NCBI GenBank assembly: GCA_040754455.1
Contig: JBFMCP010000006.1
Location: forward strand, 1 to 64,000
Source of the DNA: Nitrospirota bacterium
Lineage (GTDB): Bacteria > Nitrospirota > Thermodesulfovibrionia > Thermodesulfovibrionales > Dissulfurispiraceae
Reading direction: 5' to 3'
Length of the DNA stretch: 64,000 nt
Shown here one piece after another: positions 48,972 through 60,477 of the stretch. Each line of letters begins with the position of its first letter. The stretch's first letter is position 1. Below the pieces are notes generated by a model, which was not told the DNA's origin, searched no databases, and worked only from the letters and a program-made list of their open reading frames with translations. The translations under genes and the position numbers were made by a program.

Positions 48972-51539
48972 GTGTCTGAACTTACCCCCTTAATGAAGCA
49001 GTATTTCAGCATCAAGGAGAAGTACCACGATGCCATTGTGCTCTTCAGGCTGGGTGATTTCTATGAAATGTTCGGAGAAGACGCAAAGACCGCCTCCAGA
49101 ATACTGCAGATAGCCCTAACCAGCAGGGACAAGAGCAAGGACGACCCTCTTCCCATGTGCGGCGTCCCCTACTTTTCAGTGGATACCTATATTTCGAAGC
49201 TCATCAAAGCGGGCCGCAAGGTCGCCATCTGCGAGCAGGTCGAAGATCCCAAGCTTGCAAAAGGCATTGTCCAGAGGGAGGTCGTAAAAGTCATCACCCC
49301 CGGCACCCATGTCCCTGAGCAGCCGAAAGAGAATGCCTATATTATGAGCATTTTCTCCTATCAGGGGACGAGCGGCATCACCCTTGCCGACCTCTCGACC
49401 GGCGCCTTCATTCTTTACGAAACCGAACGGCCGATCGAGGATGAAATCGGGCGCTGTGAACCGCGGGAAATCCTCTGTCCCCGGAGTGCAAAAGACAATC
49501 TCCATTATCAGGAGGCCTTCAGGGGGCTCTTTGTATCCTATTATGACGACTGGTATTTCGATTATCCCGAAGCGTACAAGACGCTCCTCAAATATTTCAA
49601 GGTATCTTCCCTTGACGGCTACGGCTGCAGCGGGCTCACCACTGCTCTTTCCGCTGCCGGGGCATTGATCAGCTATCTTGAAGAGACGCAGCGGGTGCTT
49701 TCGTTCAAAAAGATCTCGGTCCTGAACCAGTCATTCTACATGTTCCTGGATACCGCAACAAAGAGAAATCTCGAGCTCACCCATAACCTGCGGGACGGCG
49801 CAGTCGAGGGGTCACTGCTCTGGGTGCTGGACGAAACTCTTACTCCCATGGGAGGCCGGTTTCTGAGAGACGCAGTGACGATGCCCCTGCTCTCCACGGA
49901 TGAGATCAGGCAGCGTCAGGACGCGGTTGAGGCGCTTATCGAGGATTATGAGTTGATGGAGGACCTCAGGACCGTCCTCAGAAAGATTCAGGACATCGAC
50001 CGCCTCACCTCTCGCGTCATTTCCCGGTCAGCCGGCCCAAGGGATGTCGTGGCATTAAAGACCACGGTTGTCCATCTCCCCGATATAAAAAAATACCTGA
50101 TCGCCTCGTCGAACCCTTTTATCAAGGAAACAGGAAAGAATATCGGCGAGTTCAAAGAGCTGGAAGAGCTGATCAGCGCAAGCATTGTCGATAATCCTCC
50201 GGTCAATCCCCGGGACGGCGGCATCATTAAAAAGGGGTATAACAGGGAGATCGATGAGCTCAGGGATATCTCTACCAGCGGCAAGGATTTCATCGCACGC
50301 CTTGAGGCTGATGAAAAACAGAGGACCGGTATCCCTTCCCTGAAGGTGGGATTCAACAAGGTCTTCGGTTATTACATCGAAGTGACCAAGCCCAATCTCC
50401 ATCTCGTCCCTGATGATTATATAAGGAAACAGACCCTCGCCAATTGCGAGCGGTTCATCACTCCTGACCTGAAGGAGTATGAGACCAAAGTACTGGGAGC
50501 CGAGGACCGGCTTCGGGAGCTTGAATACGAGCTCTTTCAGAATATCCTCGAAAAGATGCAGAAGCACACCGCGGCGCTCCTCGCTACTGCAGCACAGATC
50601 GCGCTCGTCGATTTCCTGCTCTCGCTGGCAGTGGTCGCCAAACGGTACGATTACGTAAAGCCCGCAATCCATGATGACGGCATGCTCGAAATAATTGAGG
50701 GAAGGCATCCTGTCATCGAGCGGCTCATCACAACACGCAGCAGTGCCGCTATGGACGAGAAGTTCATTCCCAACAATACCGTGATGGATTACGAGGACAA
50801 CAGGCTCCTGATCATCACCGGCCCCAACATGGCGGGTAAGTCCACCTACATGCGTCAGGTCGCCCTTATCGTGCTGATGGCGCAGATCGGTTCCTTTGTC
50901 CCTGCGACACGGGCCGGCATCGGCATCGCAGACCGGATCTTTACCCGCATCGGTGCATCGGATTTCATCACCAAAGGGCAGAGCACCTTCATGGTAGAGA
51001 TGATCGAGACTGCCAATATCCTCAATAACGCCACAGGGAAGAGCCTGATCCTCCTCGATGAAGTGGGAAGGGGTACGAGCACCTTCGACGGAATCAGCAT
51101 CGCCTGGTCCGTAGCGGAATACCTTGCGAATACCCTTAAGGCACGCACGCTCTTTGCCACCCATTACAATGAGCTGACCGATCTCTCGTTAAACATCGAA
51201 GGGGTTAAAAACTATAATGTGGTGGTCAAGGAATGGGGAGACGAGGTCATATTCCTGAGAAAGATCGAGAAGGGACCGGCCGACAAGAGCTACGGCATAC
51301 AGGTCGCCCGCCTCGCCGGCCTTCCCGAAGGTGTCATCGAACGGGCAAAAGTCGTGCTCGATAAACTCGAGAAGAAAGAGGCCAGGACCTTGATGCCGAG
51401 ACATGCACAGATGGACCTTTTCACGACCGGCGACCCTGTCACCCAGGAATTGCTTATGATCGACATGGAAACGATGACGCCGCAGAAGGCGCTCAAGACA
51501 CTGGCTGCCCTGAAGAAGAAAGCTGAAGGGGCGCTATGA
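48972..51539 (+). CDS. mutS: DNA mismatch repair protein MutS
   Basis: GDFYEMF, GPNMAGKS, STFMVEM, DEVGRGT. Confidence 0.97.
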   Translation: MSELTPLMKQYFSIKEKYHDAIVLFRLGDFYEMFGEDAKTASRILQIALTSRDKSKDDPLPMCGVPYFSVDTYISKLIKAGRKVAICEQVEDPKLAKGIVQREVVKVITPGTHVPEQPKENAYIMSIFSYQGTSGITLADLSTGAFILYETERPIEDEIGRCEPREILCPRSAKDNLHYQEAFRGLFVSYYDDWYFDYPEAYKTLLKYFKVSSLDGYGCSGLTTALSAAGALISYLEETQRVLSFKKISVLNQSFYMFLDTATKRNLELTHNLRDGAVEGSLLWVLDETLTPMGGRFLRDAVTMPLLSTDEIRQRQDAVEALIEDYELMEDLRTVLRKIQDIDRLTSRVISRSAGPRDVVALKTTVVHLPDIKKYLIASSNPFIKETGKNIGEFKELEELISASIVDNPPVNPRDGGIIKKGYNREIDELRDISTSGKDFIARLEADEKQRTGIPSLKVGFNKVFGYYIEVTKPNLHLVPDDYIRKQTLANCERFITPDLKEYETKVLGAEDRLRELEYELFQNILEKMQKHTAALLATAAQIALVDFLLSLAVVAKRYDYVKPAIHDDGMLEIIEGRHPVIERLITTRSSAAMDEKFIPNNTVMDYEDNRLLIITGPNMAGKSTYMRQVALIVLMAQIGSFVPATRAGIGIADRIFTRIGASDFITKGQSTFMVEMIETANILNNATGKSLILLDEVGRGTSTFDGISIAWSVAEYLANTLKARTLFATHYNELTDLSLNIEGVKNYNVVVKEWGDEVIFLRKIEKGPADKSYGIQVARLAGLPEGVIERAKVVLDKLEKKEARTLMPRHAQMDLFTTGDPVTQELLMIDMETMTPQKALKTLAALKKKAEGAL

Positions 51540-52144
51540 TCGTGGTCGGGCTCACAGGCAATTACGGAATGGGGAAAAGCACCGTGGCCGGAATGTTCAA
51601 GGAAGCCGGTGCGCTCACGATCGATACCGACGAGATTGTTAAGGAGCTCCTTCGCGAGCCTGCGGTGATCAATGAGATAAAAAACGCTTTTGGCGAGGAT
51701 GTCGTGGCAAACAATGTCATCAACAAAAAGAAGCTTGCTGATATCGTCTTCCAGAACCCCCATCTCCGTATCAGCCTCGAGAACATCCTTCATCCCAAAG
51801 TCTTCGAAGAAGTCAATAAACGGCTCTCCCGCATTCATTCGGGAGATGCAGCTGTTGTGATTATAGAGGCACCGGTGCTCTTCGAAAGGGGATACCAGAA
51901 CAGATTCGATAAGATTATTACGGTCTTCGCCTCGGAAGAGGTGACACTGAAACGACTTAAGGCAAAAGGAATTCCCGAGGAGGAAGCGCTGCGGCGATTG
52001 AAGAGCCAGTTCCCGAGCGGGATGAAGATCGGCAAGTCGGACTTTACCATAGATAACAGCGGCGATCCTGAGGAGACGAGAAAACAGGTTGAAACAGTAT
52101 ACGAGGAGCTCGCAGCAATGGAACGAAGACATGGAAATAATTAA
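51536..52144 (+). CDS. coaE: Dephospho-CoA kinase
   Basis: GLTGNYGMGKST, LENILHP. Confidence 0.93.
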   Translation: MIVVGLTGNYGMGKSTVAGMFKEAGALTIDTDEIVKELLREPAVINEIKNAFGEDVVANNVINKKKLADIVFQNPHLRISLENILHPKVFEEVNKRLSRIHSGDAAVVIIEAPVLFERGYQNRFDKIITVFASEEVTLKRLKAKGIPEEEALRRLKSQFPSGMKIGKSDFTIDNSGDPEETRKQVETVYEELAAMERRHGNN

Positions 52145-53147
52145 GCACCTGGACACCTTGGCGTCCTATCCCAACCCTGTCGTCACCATCGGAAACTTTG
52201 ATGGAGTGCATCGGGGACACCAGAAGATCTTTTCCCGGGTCGTTCAAAAGGCGAAGGAGATCAACGGCACTCCCATTGCAATCACGTTCAATCCCCATCC
52301 GGTGCGTGTCCTGGCTCCCGAGAGGGGCATGAAGATGATCAACACCATCGATGATAAGCGCTCGTTGATCGCCCGCATGGGAATCAAGGTCCTCATCTGC
52401 ATCAATTTTGACAAGGAGTTCGCCAGAACGGAGCCTGATGAATTTATCAAAAATGTCCTTGTCGGGAAACTCCATACCCGCTGGGTGATCGTCGGCCACA
52501 GCTACTCTTTCGGGAAAGGGAAGAAAGGGACCACCGCGCTGCTCAGGGCACGGGGGAAGAAGTACGGATTCAAGGTCAGTGTGGTGCGGTATGCTGAATT
52601 CCATGGAGAGAAGGTAAGCAGCAGCAGGATACGAAGCGCAATCTTGCGTGGCAAGGTATGCGAGGCTTCCCAGATGCTCGGCCGCGCCTATCATATCAAC
52701 GGCACGGTCATCAAAGGCGCCGGAAGAGGATGCCCGCTACTCCATACCCCCACAGCAAACCTGAGCACCCCCAATGAGCTCATCCCGAAAGAGGGCGTTT
52801 ATGCGGTGAGAGTATCATTTCCGGAGTCGGAGCACCGATTCCCCCATTCACCGGTTCACCCATTCACCGATTTTCCGATTCACCGGTTCACCGATGTGCC
52901 GGTGTACGACGGGATAGCGAATATAGGGAACAATCCTACCTTTGAGAATGCCGCAATGAGCTATGAGGTGCACCTGTTTGATTTCAATAAAAATATCGTA
53001 GGAGAACGGCTGAGGGTACATTTCATCGAGCGCATCAGGGACGAGAAAAAGTTCTCGAGCGTCAAAGAGCTCGAAATGCATATACATAATGATATAGAAA
53101 AAGCAAAGGCTATCCTGTCGAAAAAAAAGGACCCGCTATATCTTTAG
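52131..53147 (+). CDS. ribF: Riboflavin kinase/FAD synthetase with an internal repeat insertion
   Basis: GNFDGVHRGH, SSSRIR, PTAN, NIG.NPTF, EVH. Confidence 0.95.
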   Translation: MEIIKHLDTLASYPNPVVTIGNFDGVHRGHQKIFSRVVQKAKEINGTPIAITFNPHPVRVLAPERGMKMINTIDDKRSLIARMGIKVLICINFDKEFARTEPDEFIKNVLVGKLHTRWVIVGHSYSFGKGKKGTTALLRARGKKYGFKVSVVRYAEFHGEKVSSSRIRSAILRGKVCEASQMLGRAYHINGTVIKGAGRGCPLLHTPTANLSTPNELIPKEGVYAVRVSFPESEHRFPHSPVHPFTDFPIHRFTDVPVYDGIANIGNNPTFENAAMSYEVHLFDFNKNIVGERLRVHFIERIRDEKKFSSVKELEMHIHNDIEKAKAILSKKKDPLYL

Positions 53148-55226
53148 CGGATCGACATCAACCATCACCCTTATGCCTTTTATTCCCTCAAGCCGCCTGA
53201 GGACCTCCTGTGCCGCCGCATGCAGGGCCTTTCGCTCTTTCGATTTCATGAGCACCTGAAAACAGTACCGGTGCGTCCGGGAGTGGCTGGGCACCGCTGC
53301 CGGCCCCAGTATCTCAACTTCCCGCAGGTCGCCCCTCCCCAGTACGCGCGCCACCTCAGCCTCATATATCTCGGGATTTTCCTTGGCACGCACGGTAAAA
53401 AGAACGAGCTTTGAAAAAGGCGGGTAGTCAAGCAGCTTTCTCTGGGAGAGCTCATAGTTATAAAAGCCGTCCAGGTCGAAATTTTTTATATAACGGAACA
53501 TCCTGTTCTTCGGCATGAAGGTTTGCATGAAAAGAAAGCCGTTTGATCGTACCATCTGTGCGATGTACAGAACCTCCTGCATAGCATGCTCATGAGCCCT
53601 GAAGTCAGGCTGCGAAAGCAGGAGGTCCATGTTCAAAAAAGCAGCAGCCCCGAAAGCCTCATCTCCGGCGCCGGTATATTCGAGCCGCTTCGCATAGGCA
53701 GTCCCGATAACAAGCGGAGTCATATCAGCGGCAAGCGCAAGAGCATCCGGCTCAACGGTAGTGGCGGTTATTCTTCTTTGTCGCTTCATGCGCGATCCTT
53801 CTCTCTTTTCAAGGAGCACTGCTTCCGCGTGCAGTGCCTTTTCCACCTCCTCCTTCACCCGTTCGGTGCCGGCACCGAAAGGCACTATCGCCGTGCTTTT
53901 ACACTGTTCACATTGGTCAGGAACAGACTCGCGATACCCGCAGTAATGGCACTTTGCTGTTTTTTCGTTCTTATGGAACACCAATGATGCGTTACACCGC
54001 TTACACCGGGCTATCGATCCGCATTCCTCGCACCGTATGAGCGAATACCCCTTCCTGTTGATAAGGAAGAGCACCCGCTCGCCGGCCACCACAAGCCCTC
54101 CCGCGTGTCTCAGAAGCTCTCGGGACACCGGCAGATTTCCTTTGCCCTGCCGCCTCATATCTATGATCTTTACTCTAGGCCGTTCTACCTCGGGCACCCT
54201 GATCTCCTCCTCCTCACTGTACGGTTCGCCGGCTCGTGGCCGTTCCTTGCCTTTAAGTAAGGTGTATTTCCCGATGCGTGCATTCTGTACCGATTCCAGT
54301 GACGGACAGAGGGAGGAGAGCACCACGCAGGCATGCTCCATGAACCCCCGCATCACGGCAACATCTCTTCCGTTATAGCGAAGCCCCTCCTCTCCTTTAT
54401 AGGAAGGACTGTGTTCCTCCAGTACCGCAACGAAAGAGAGCTTCTTAAGCGGGGCCAGGGCTGCTGAGCGCGTGCCGACCACAATGTCCGATACGCCATT
54501 GATGATGGCGCTGATCGCCTCACCTCTCTGGCGCTTGCCCAGCCTGCTGTGGAGCACGCTCAACCGCTCTCCTGCGAGAGGCCTCAGCAGCGCTTCCAGC
54601 CGGGGGATATGGCCGATTTCAGGGACGAGAATGATGATACCTCTCGCCTCATTCCCCACTGCCCTGATGATCTCGCTCAAAAAAAGGTACTCGTAAAAAA
54701 CAAAGGGTGCCGGAAGAAGAAAAGCCTTGTAACACTCTTCCCTTATCGCCGCGACCACCGTTGCACAATGTTCATCAAAACGCTGAAAGTCGAGATGATG
54801 CTGCGGTGCGTCGATGGTTGAGGGAGGGGCGAACGGTATGCTATTATTAGTGGTGTCGTTTGCGTTCGCCCCTTCTGCCCGCCCCCTCTTTCGTCCCGTA
54901 CCTTTTTCAAACATGGCTGCAAGGGTTTCCTCAAAAAAACTGCTCTTCAGGGCAATTCCCATAGGGGTCAGATAGTAGTCGGAGAGCCATTTCAGGAAGA
55001 GCGTCGTTGATGCTGCGGCAAAATGCTGATGAATAGCGGCAAGCTCTTTGATCCCCTTGCTCACCCCACTGTAGTTTTCTTCATGGGCACCGATAACTAT
55101 CCCATAAGAGGTCTTGCGCATGAGCGGCGCTGCTACGATTCTGCCGATGAGATCAGGCGGAGCGCAGGAAGGAACCCTGTAGGTAAGCGGACGGATTTTC
55201 AAGGGGAAGACGACATCGGCAAACAT
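53136..55226 (-). CDS. priA: Primosomal protein N' with degenerate helicase motifs
   Basis: LVPEI, VVGTRSA, four CxxC pairs, G.GTER, PDFRA, YPPF, DVDP. Confidence 0.88.
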   Translation of the reverse strand: MFADVVFPLKIRPLTYRVPSCAPPDLIGRIVAAPLMRKTSYGIVIGAHEENYSGVSKGIKELAAIHQHFAAASTTLFLKWLSDYYLTPMGIALKSSFFEETLAAMFEKGTGRKRGRAEGANANDTTNNSIPFAPPSTIDAPQHHLDFQRFDEHCATVVAAIREECYKAFLLPAPFVFYEYLFLSEIIRAVGNEARGIIILVPEIGHIPRLEALLRPLAGERLSVLHSRLGKRQRGEAISAIINGVSDIVVGTRSAALAPLKKLSFVAVLEEHSPSYKGEEGLRYNGRDVAVMRGFMEHACVVLSSLCPSLESVQNARIGKYTLLKGKERPRAGEPYSEEEEIRVPEVERPRVKIIDMRRQGKGNLPVSRELLRHAGGLVVAGERVLFLINRKGYSLIRCEECGSIARCKRCNASLVFHKNEKTAKCHYCGYRESVPDQCEQCKSTAIVPFGAGTERVKEEVEKALHAEAVLLEKREGSRMKRQRRITATTVEPDALALAADMTPLVIGTAYAKRLEYTGAGDEAFGAAAFLNMDLLLSQPDFRAHEHAMQEVLYIAQMVRSNGFLFMQTFMPKNRMFRYIKNFDLDGFYNYELSQRKLLDYPPFSKLVLFTVRAKENPEIYEAEVARVLGRGDLREVEILGPAAVPSHSRTHRYCFQVLMKSKERKALHAAAQEVLRRLEGIKGIRVMVDVDPLKI

Positions 55227-55350
55227 GATATGTAGGATAAAAAATAGGCGAACGGAAAAACAAGATAGATAAGGGGTTTGGTTGACATTGCCCGGCTAAA
55301 AGGGGTAATATTTGCATAGAAGACTTACAACATTTTAGAGGTGAAAAAGG

Positions 55351-57804
55351 ATGTTTGAGAAATTTACCGAACGAGGTCGCAAGATCATAATATATGCCAA
55401 GGAGGAAGCCGAACGGAGGAGCAACGACTACCTCGGCACCGAGCACCTTCTTCTGGCCATATTGAGAGAAGAGGACAGCATTCCCATCACCATCATCAAG
55501 AAGATGGGATTGAATATAGATGAAATAAAGTTCGAAATAGAGAAAAACCTTCCTATCGGCGGTAACCTCTTGACTTTCGGAGATATTCCCTTTACACCGC
55601 GGGCAAAGAAAGTGCTCGAGCTCGCCATAGAAGAGGCCAGGCTGTTAGGCCACAACTATATCGGCAGCGAGCATCTCCTCCTCGGCCTTATCAGAGAGGA
55701 TGAGGGTATCGCCGGAAAGATACTGAGGAATCTCGGTGCAAACCTCCTCGCTGCCCGCCAGCTGACCATCAATCTCGCTATCAAACCGCAATTCCAGCAG
55801 GCGAGCCAGAAGGAACGGAGGAAGACCAACACCCCTGCCCTGGATGAGTTCGGAAGGGATCTGACCATGCTCGCGGTCGAAGGAAAACTCGATCCGGTCA
55901 TCGGAAGAGATGACGAGATCGAGCGCGTCCTGCAGATCCTTGGCAGGAGAATCAAGAACAATCCGGCTATCATCGGCGAACCCGGCGTCGGAAAAACCGC
56001 TATTGTCGAAGGACTTGCCCAGAAGATCGTTGCCGGTGATGTCCCCGACAGCCTTATCGGCAAGAGAATCATCTCCCTTGATCTCGGCGCCCTGATCGCA
56101 GGCACCAAATACAGAGGCCAGTTCGAGGAACGGCTGAAGGCGGTCATGAGAGAAATCCTGCAGTCAGAGAATGTCATCCTCTTCATCGACGAGTTCCATA
56201 CCCTCATCGGTGCGGGAGCGGCGGAAGGCTCGGTCGATGCATCGAACATGCTGAAACCGGCGCTCTCAAGGGGCGAGCTGCAGTGCATCGGCGCGACAAC
56301 ACCCGATGAATACAGGAAGTATATCGAGAAAGACGGCGCACTGGAGCGGAGATTCCAGTCTGTGTACATACAGCCGCCTGCGGTCGAAACAGCGATAGAT
56401 ATACTCAAGGGTCTGCGGCCGAGGTATGAGAACCATCACAAAGTGAAAATCCAGGATGATTCCGTCGAGGCAGCGGTGAAGCTCTCTGACCGGTACATCA
56501 CCGACCGGTACCTGCCTGACAAGGCGATCGATGTTATCGACGAGACCGGTTCACGGATAAAGCTCAAGAGATCCACCATGCCCCAGGAGCTGAGGGATAT
56601 GGAGACCGAGCTGATCCAGCTCTCGAAGGAAAAGAGCCTGTATGTACGGCTGCATGATATCGACAAGGCTCAGAGCATCCGGGTAAAAGAGGACAAGCTC
56701 AGGAAGACGTATGAGCACCAATATAAAAAATGGAAGGACTCGCTGAGCAAAGAGGTTCCGGTAGTCACTGAAGAGGATGTTGCCTACACCGTTTCGAAGA
56801 TGACCGGCATCCCTCTCTTCAAGCTCGAAGAGACAGAGTCCGAAAAGCTTATCAAGATGGAAGAGATCCTGCACCAGAGGATCATCGGGCAGGATGAGGG
56901 CATCAGGGCGATTGCGAAGGCAATACGCCGCTCCAGAGCAGGCCTGAAGCACAAGAACAGGCCGATCGGCTCGTTCTTCCTCCTCGGCCCTACTGGCGTC
57001 GGAAAGACCGAGCTCGCAAAAGCGTTGGCCGAATTCATGTTCAACGATGAGACCGCCCTGATAAAAGTCGATATGTCCGAATACATGGAGCGGTTCAATG
57101 TGTCACGGCTGACCGGCGCACCTCCCGGTTACGTGGGATACGAAGAGGGAGGCCAGCTGACCGAGAAGGTCCGCAAGCGGCCCTATTCAGTCATCCTCTT
57201 TGACGAGATCGAGAAGGCGCACCAGGATGTCTTCAACATGCTTCTCCAGATACTGGACGAAGGCGTGCTGACGGACAGCTACGGCAGGAAGATCGATTTC
57301 AGAAACACGATCATCATGATGACCTCCAACCTGGGGGCAAGGATCATCGAGAAGGCGACACCGCTCGGCTTCTTCCGTACCTCAGGATCGGAAGACACCT
57401 ACGGGAAGATCAAGGACAATGTCCTTTCCGAGCTGAAGAAAACCTTCAACCCCGAGTTCCTCAACCGTGTCGATGATATCGTGGTCTTCCACCCTCTCGA
57501 AAAAGAGCACCTGCTCTCCATCATCGATCTGCTGCTCATCGAGACGAACAAGAAGCTCACCGAGCATGCGTTGACCGTAGAGGTATCTCCTGAGGCAAAG
57601 GAGTGGCTGCTCAACAAATACTATCAGCCCGCCTACGGTGCGCGGCCGATGAGAAGAGCGATCTCCAAGGAGATCGAAGACCCGCTCTCCGAGGAGATCA
57701 TCAAGGGCAGATTCAAGAACACGTCGGTGGTCAAGGTAGTTCTTGAAGGTGACAAGCTCACCTTTAAAGAGGCCGAAGAAGCGGTGCTGGTGTCGGTCAA
57801 CTAA
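55351..57804 (+). CDS. clpC: ClpC-type AAA+ chaperone
   Basis: Clp N repeats; two NBDs ([16 protein letters not shown]). Confidence 0.95.
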   Translation: MFEKFTERGRKIIIYAKEEAERRSNDYLGTEHLLLAILREEDSIPITIIKKMGLNIDEIKFEIEKNLPIGGNLLTFGDIPFTPRAKKVLELAIEEARLLGHNYIGSEHLLLGLIREDEGIAGKILRNLGANLLAARQLTINLAIKPQFQQASQKERRKTNTPALDEFGRDLTMLAVEGKLDPVIGRDDEIERVLQILGRRIKNNPAIIGEPGVGKTAIVEGLAQKIVAGDVPDSLIGKRIISLDLGALIAGTKYRGQFEERLKAVMREILQSENVILFIDEFHTLIGAGAAEGSVDASNMLKPALSRGELQCIGATTPDEYRKYIEKDGALERRFQSVYIQPPAVETAIDILKGLRPRYENHHKVKIQDDSVEAAVKLSDRYITDRYLPDKAIDVIDETGSRIKLKRSTMPQELRDMETELIQLSKEKSLYVRLHDIDKAQSIRVKEDKLRKTYEHQYKKWKDSLSKEVPVVTEEDVAYTVSKMTGIPLFKLEETESEKLIKMEEILHQRIIGQDEGIRAIAKAIRRSRAGLKHKNRPIGSFFLLGPTGVGKTELAKALAEFMFNDETALIKVDMSEYMERFNVSRLTGAPPGYVGYEEGGQLTEKVRKRPYSVILFDEIEKAHQDVFNMLLQILDEGVLTDSYGRKIDFRNTIIMMTSNLGARIIEKATPLGFFRTSGSEDTYGKIKDNVLSELKKTFNPEFLNRVDDIVVFHPLEKEHLLSIIDLLLIETNKKLTEHALTVEVSPEAKEWLLNKYYQPAYGARPMRRAISKEIEDPLSEEIIKGRFKNTSVVKVVLEGDKLTFKEAEEAVLVSVN

Positions 57805-57925
57805 AAACGACCGCATCCCACATACATAAAAACAGCCTGTCATCTTTCAAGGTGGCAGGCTTTTTTTTTATGAAGCCAGTTGCTATAATAATGTACTTCA
57901 CATCATTTTATCCCAGGGAGCTATC

Positions 57926-58453
57926 GTGAACACTAAGACTATCACCTTATTGCTTCTCCTTATTGTAGGCGTTGCCGGTGTCGTCCTCCTTTCGAGGACC
58001 GAAGAAAAGCCACGCGCAACAACAGCGGTCAAGGGCCTCGACGCCCCTGCCTTCGAGCTGAAGGACACCACAGGGAAGGTGTGGAAGCTCTCGGATCTGA
58101 AGGGCAAGGTGGTGCTGGTGAATTTCTGGGCCACCTGGTGCGACACCTGTAAAGAGGAAAAGCCTTCCCTCGTGAACCTGATCAATAGTGAGAAAGGGAA
58201 TGACAAATTCGTCTTTGTCTCGGTGCTCTTCAGGGACGATCCGGCCAAGGTGCCGGCTTATATGAGGGAGTACGGTTACTCTTTCCCCGTTCTCATCGAC
58301 GACAAAAATATTGCCAAGGCCTATGGACTGACCGGCGTCCCCGAAAGCTTCCTGATCGACAAGAATGGAATACTCAGAGAGAAGGTCATCGGCCCGATGC
58401 AGTGGGATACCCCTGAGGTCAAGGCAGTTATTGCAAAACTCATCGGCGAATAG
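57926..58453 (+). CDS. TlpA/ResA-like thiol-disulfide oxidoreductase
   Basis: NFWATWCDTC and GVPES; N-terminal anchor. Confidence 0.92.
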   Translation: MNTKTITLLLLLIVGVAGVVLLSRTEEKPRATTAVKGLDAPAFELKDTTGKVWKLSDLKGKVVLVNFWATWCDTCKEEKPSLVNLINSEKGNDKFVFVSVLFRDDPAKVPAYMREYGYSFPVLIDDKNIAKAYGLTGVPESFLIDKNGILREKVIGPMQWDTPEVKAVIAKLIGE

Positions 58454-58456
58454 TCG

Positions 58457-58990
58457 ATGCGGAGAAGATCCCCTACCCCTCCTGAAAAGGCGCTTCTCCT
58501 GATCGGCACGCTCTTCTCTGATGATGCCTCCTTTGTCAAGGCGCAGCAGGTGCTTGAAGAGACGTTTGGCGAGATCATCATGGAGAGTCCCGTCATCCCC
58601 TGGAATTTTTCCGAACACTATAAGCAGGAGCTCGGCGAGCCCATCTACCGCAAGTTCCTCTTCTTCAAAAATCTCATTGATCAGGATCAGCTCGCCTCGA
58701 TCAAACTGAAGACCTTCGAGATCGAAAACAATCTTTCCATAGACGGAAAGCGGACCATCAATATCGATCCCGGCTACCTGACCCTCGCAAAACTCGTCCT
58801 GGCCACCACAAAGGATTATTCCCACCGCCTTTACCTCGGACAGGGCGTTTACGCAGAAGTGACGCTCATCTACAACAAAGAGGGCAGGTTTGTTCCTCTT
58901 CCCAACACCTATAGAGATTTTCAGGACGAGCGGTACCAGAAAACCTTTTTAATGGCGCGGATGCTGCTGTACGCTCTCCTGGGCAGGTGA
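58457..58990 (+). CDS. DUF4416-like protein
   Basis: RTINIDPGY...LATTKDYSHRLYL. Confidence 0.8.
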   Translation: MRRRSPTPPEKALLLIGTLFSDDASFVKAQQVLEETFGEIIMESPVIPWNFSEHYKQELGEPIYRKFLFFKNLIDQDQLASIKLKTFEIENNLSIDGKRTINIDPGYLTLAKLVLATTKDYSHRLYLGQGVYAEVTLIYNKEGRFVPLPNTYRDFQDERYQKTFLMARMLLYALLGR

Positions 58991-59061
58991 ATCGGAAGCA
59001 GAACTTACGCTTTATGTGTGATTTTGAAACTCACGCGGGGTAACGGCAGGGACAGGTACTG

Positions 59062-59667
59062 CTACAGCAGCACCAGAAGGCTCATCATTGCAATCGACCA
59101 GATGATGTCCAGCGGCAGTTGGAGCTCGCAGGTCGAATCAAAGAGAATATCCACGCGCGGCGGGAATTCCTCATCGGCAAGCCATAGGATCACCGTCACC
59201 GGGACCCGGGGCACGGGAAAGAGCGTAAACGAGGCATCGCCATATCCTGCTTGTATGCCGTCGAAATGCGCCCCCTTCTTCAAAAAACCCTCGCGGTCGT
59301 TGCGGTACTTTTCCGCAACTTTGTCGAGCGGCAGCACATGTGACCCTCTGAAAAAAAGCTGCCCCCCCGTAAGGTTGACCGGCGCAACGAGCTTGCCTGA
59401 AAGGGCAATGTCCTTTGCGCTGACAAGATACCAGGGCACGGAGAGCCGGAAGAAATAGGCGAGGCGGTTCAGGAAGAGCGCACTGTCAGGTGCTTCACTC
59501 GTGATCTTTCCCTCCTTGGGTGAAATAAGGAAATCCTTGCCGCAGGAACGCAATGTATACATGCCTGAGGCTTTGTCAAAAGTGACCTGCGCGTTCCTGC
59601 AGACCTGATCGGGATCGAGACCGGAAAGTATTTCCCAGGCTTTATCTTCTCCGGGAGCAATCGACAT
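59062..59667 (-). CDS. DUF3786-like protein
   Basis: PRVPV...W.ADEEFP....LFD. Confidence 0.8.
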   Translation of the reverse strand: MSIAPGEDKAWEILSGLDPDQVCRNAQVTFDKASGMYTLRSCGKDFLISPKEGKITSEAPDSALFLNRLAYFFRLSVPWYLVSAKDIALSGKLVAPVNLTGGQLFFRGSHVLPLDKVAEKYRNDREGFLKKGAHFDGIQAGYGDASFTLFPVPRVPVTVILWLADEEFPPRVDILFDSTCELQLPLDIIWSIAMMSLLVLL

Positions 59668-59776
59668 AGATTAATTATACCTTATACCACACAAAGTTTT
59701 GATAGTAACGGTGCGCAGGTTATTTAAAATCCAATGTGCAGCAGGCAGAAAAGGAGTTTACAGAGGGAACTTCCGC

Positions 59777-60280
59777 CTACTTTCTTTTCATGAGAAGCTT
59801 GCTGAGGCTTACAATAATCTCCACATCCTCCACTCCCGCCTTCTTACGCACAATTACTTTCACCACATCAGGAGCTACGACCTGGACATTTGAATCTTTT
59901 ACCGTGCCTACATATTTATCGAGAGAGAACACTCTCTTGTGTCTTCGTGAATAGAAATCCACCGGAGCATGCCAGGGCTGGTGCCCGCCGGAGCTATACC
60001 TGCCGATTATGAAGAACCTGGAATCAGGCGTCCAAGTAGCGTGATTGACGACCCAGCCGTGACTGCCGTCGGAAGAACTATAATCCTTTTCAAAAATAAG
60101 CGCTCCGTTCATTTTCCGGATCTCGATACGGCTTTCCGGGAGCCCGGAGCCCTCTTTGCTCACCGGGACCACCAGGGCACGGAGACGGCCATCCGGAGAG
60201 ATATATTCCTTTTGTCCCCTTGCGTATCCGGCAGCTGGAAGCATAACAAACAGCAAAACTACCAGCATCCATCTCAGCAT
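59777..60280 (-). CDS. Exported hypothetical protein
   Basis: Signal peptide; SPDG and WTPDS motifs; GAGGAGG RBS. Confidence 0.7.
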   Translation of the reverse strand: MLRWMLVVLLFVMLPAAGYARGQKEYISPDGRLRALVVPVSKEGSGLPESRIEIRKMNGALIFEKDYSSSDGSHGWVVNHATWTPDSRFFIIGRYSSGGHQPWHAPVDFYSRRHKRVFSLDKYVGTVKDSNVQVVAPDVVKVIVRKKAGVEDVEIIVSLSKLLMKRK

Positions 60281-60477
60281 GTGCTATCCTCCTCATTACA
60301 CCACCTTTTGAAAGTATCGAAATTATAGCAGAATCAGCGCTGCAGCGTGGAAGTGAGTATTCACCTGATGCATTATTGTCGTCACCTACGTTGTTCAACC
60401 TCTTGCTGACAAAGCTGGTCTCTATAATGTAAAATATTACGATATACCGACCTGGGGCGGTATATAAGTTATTGACT

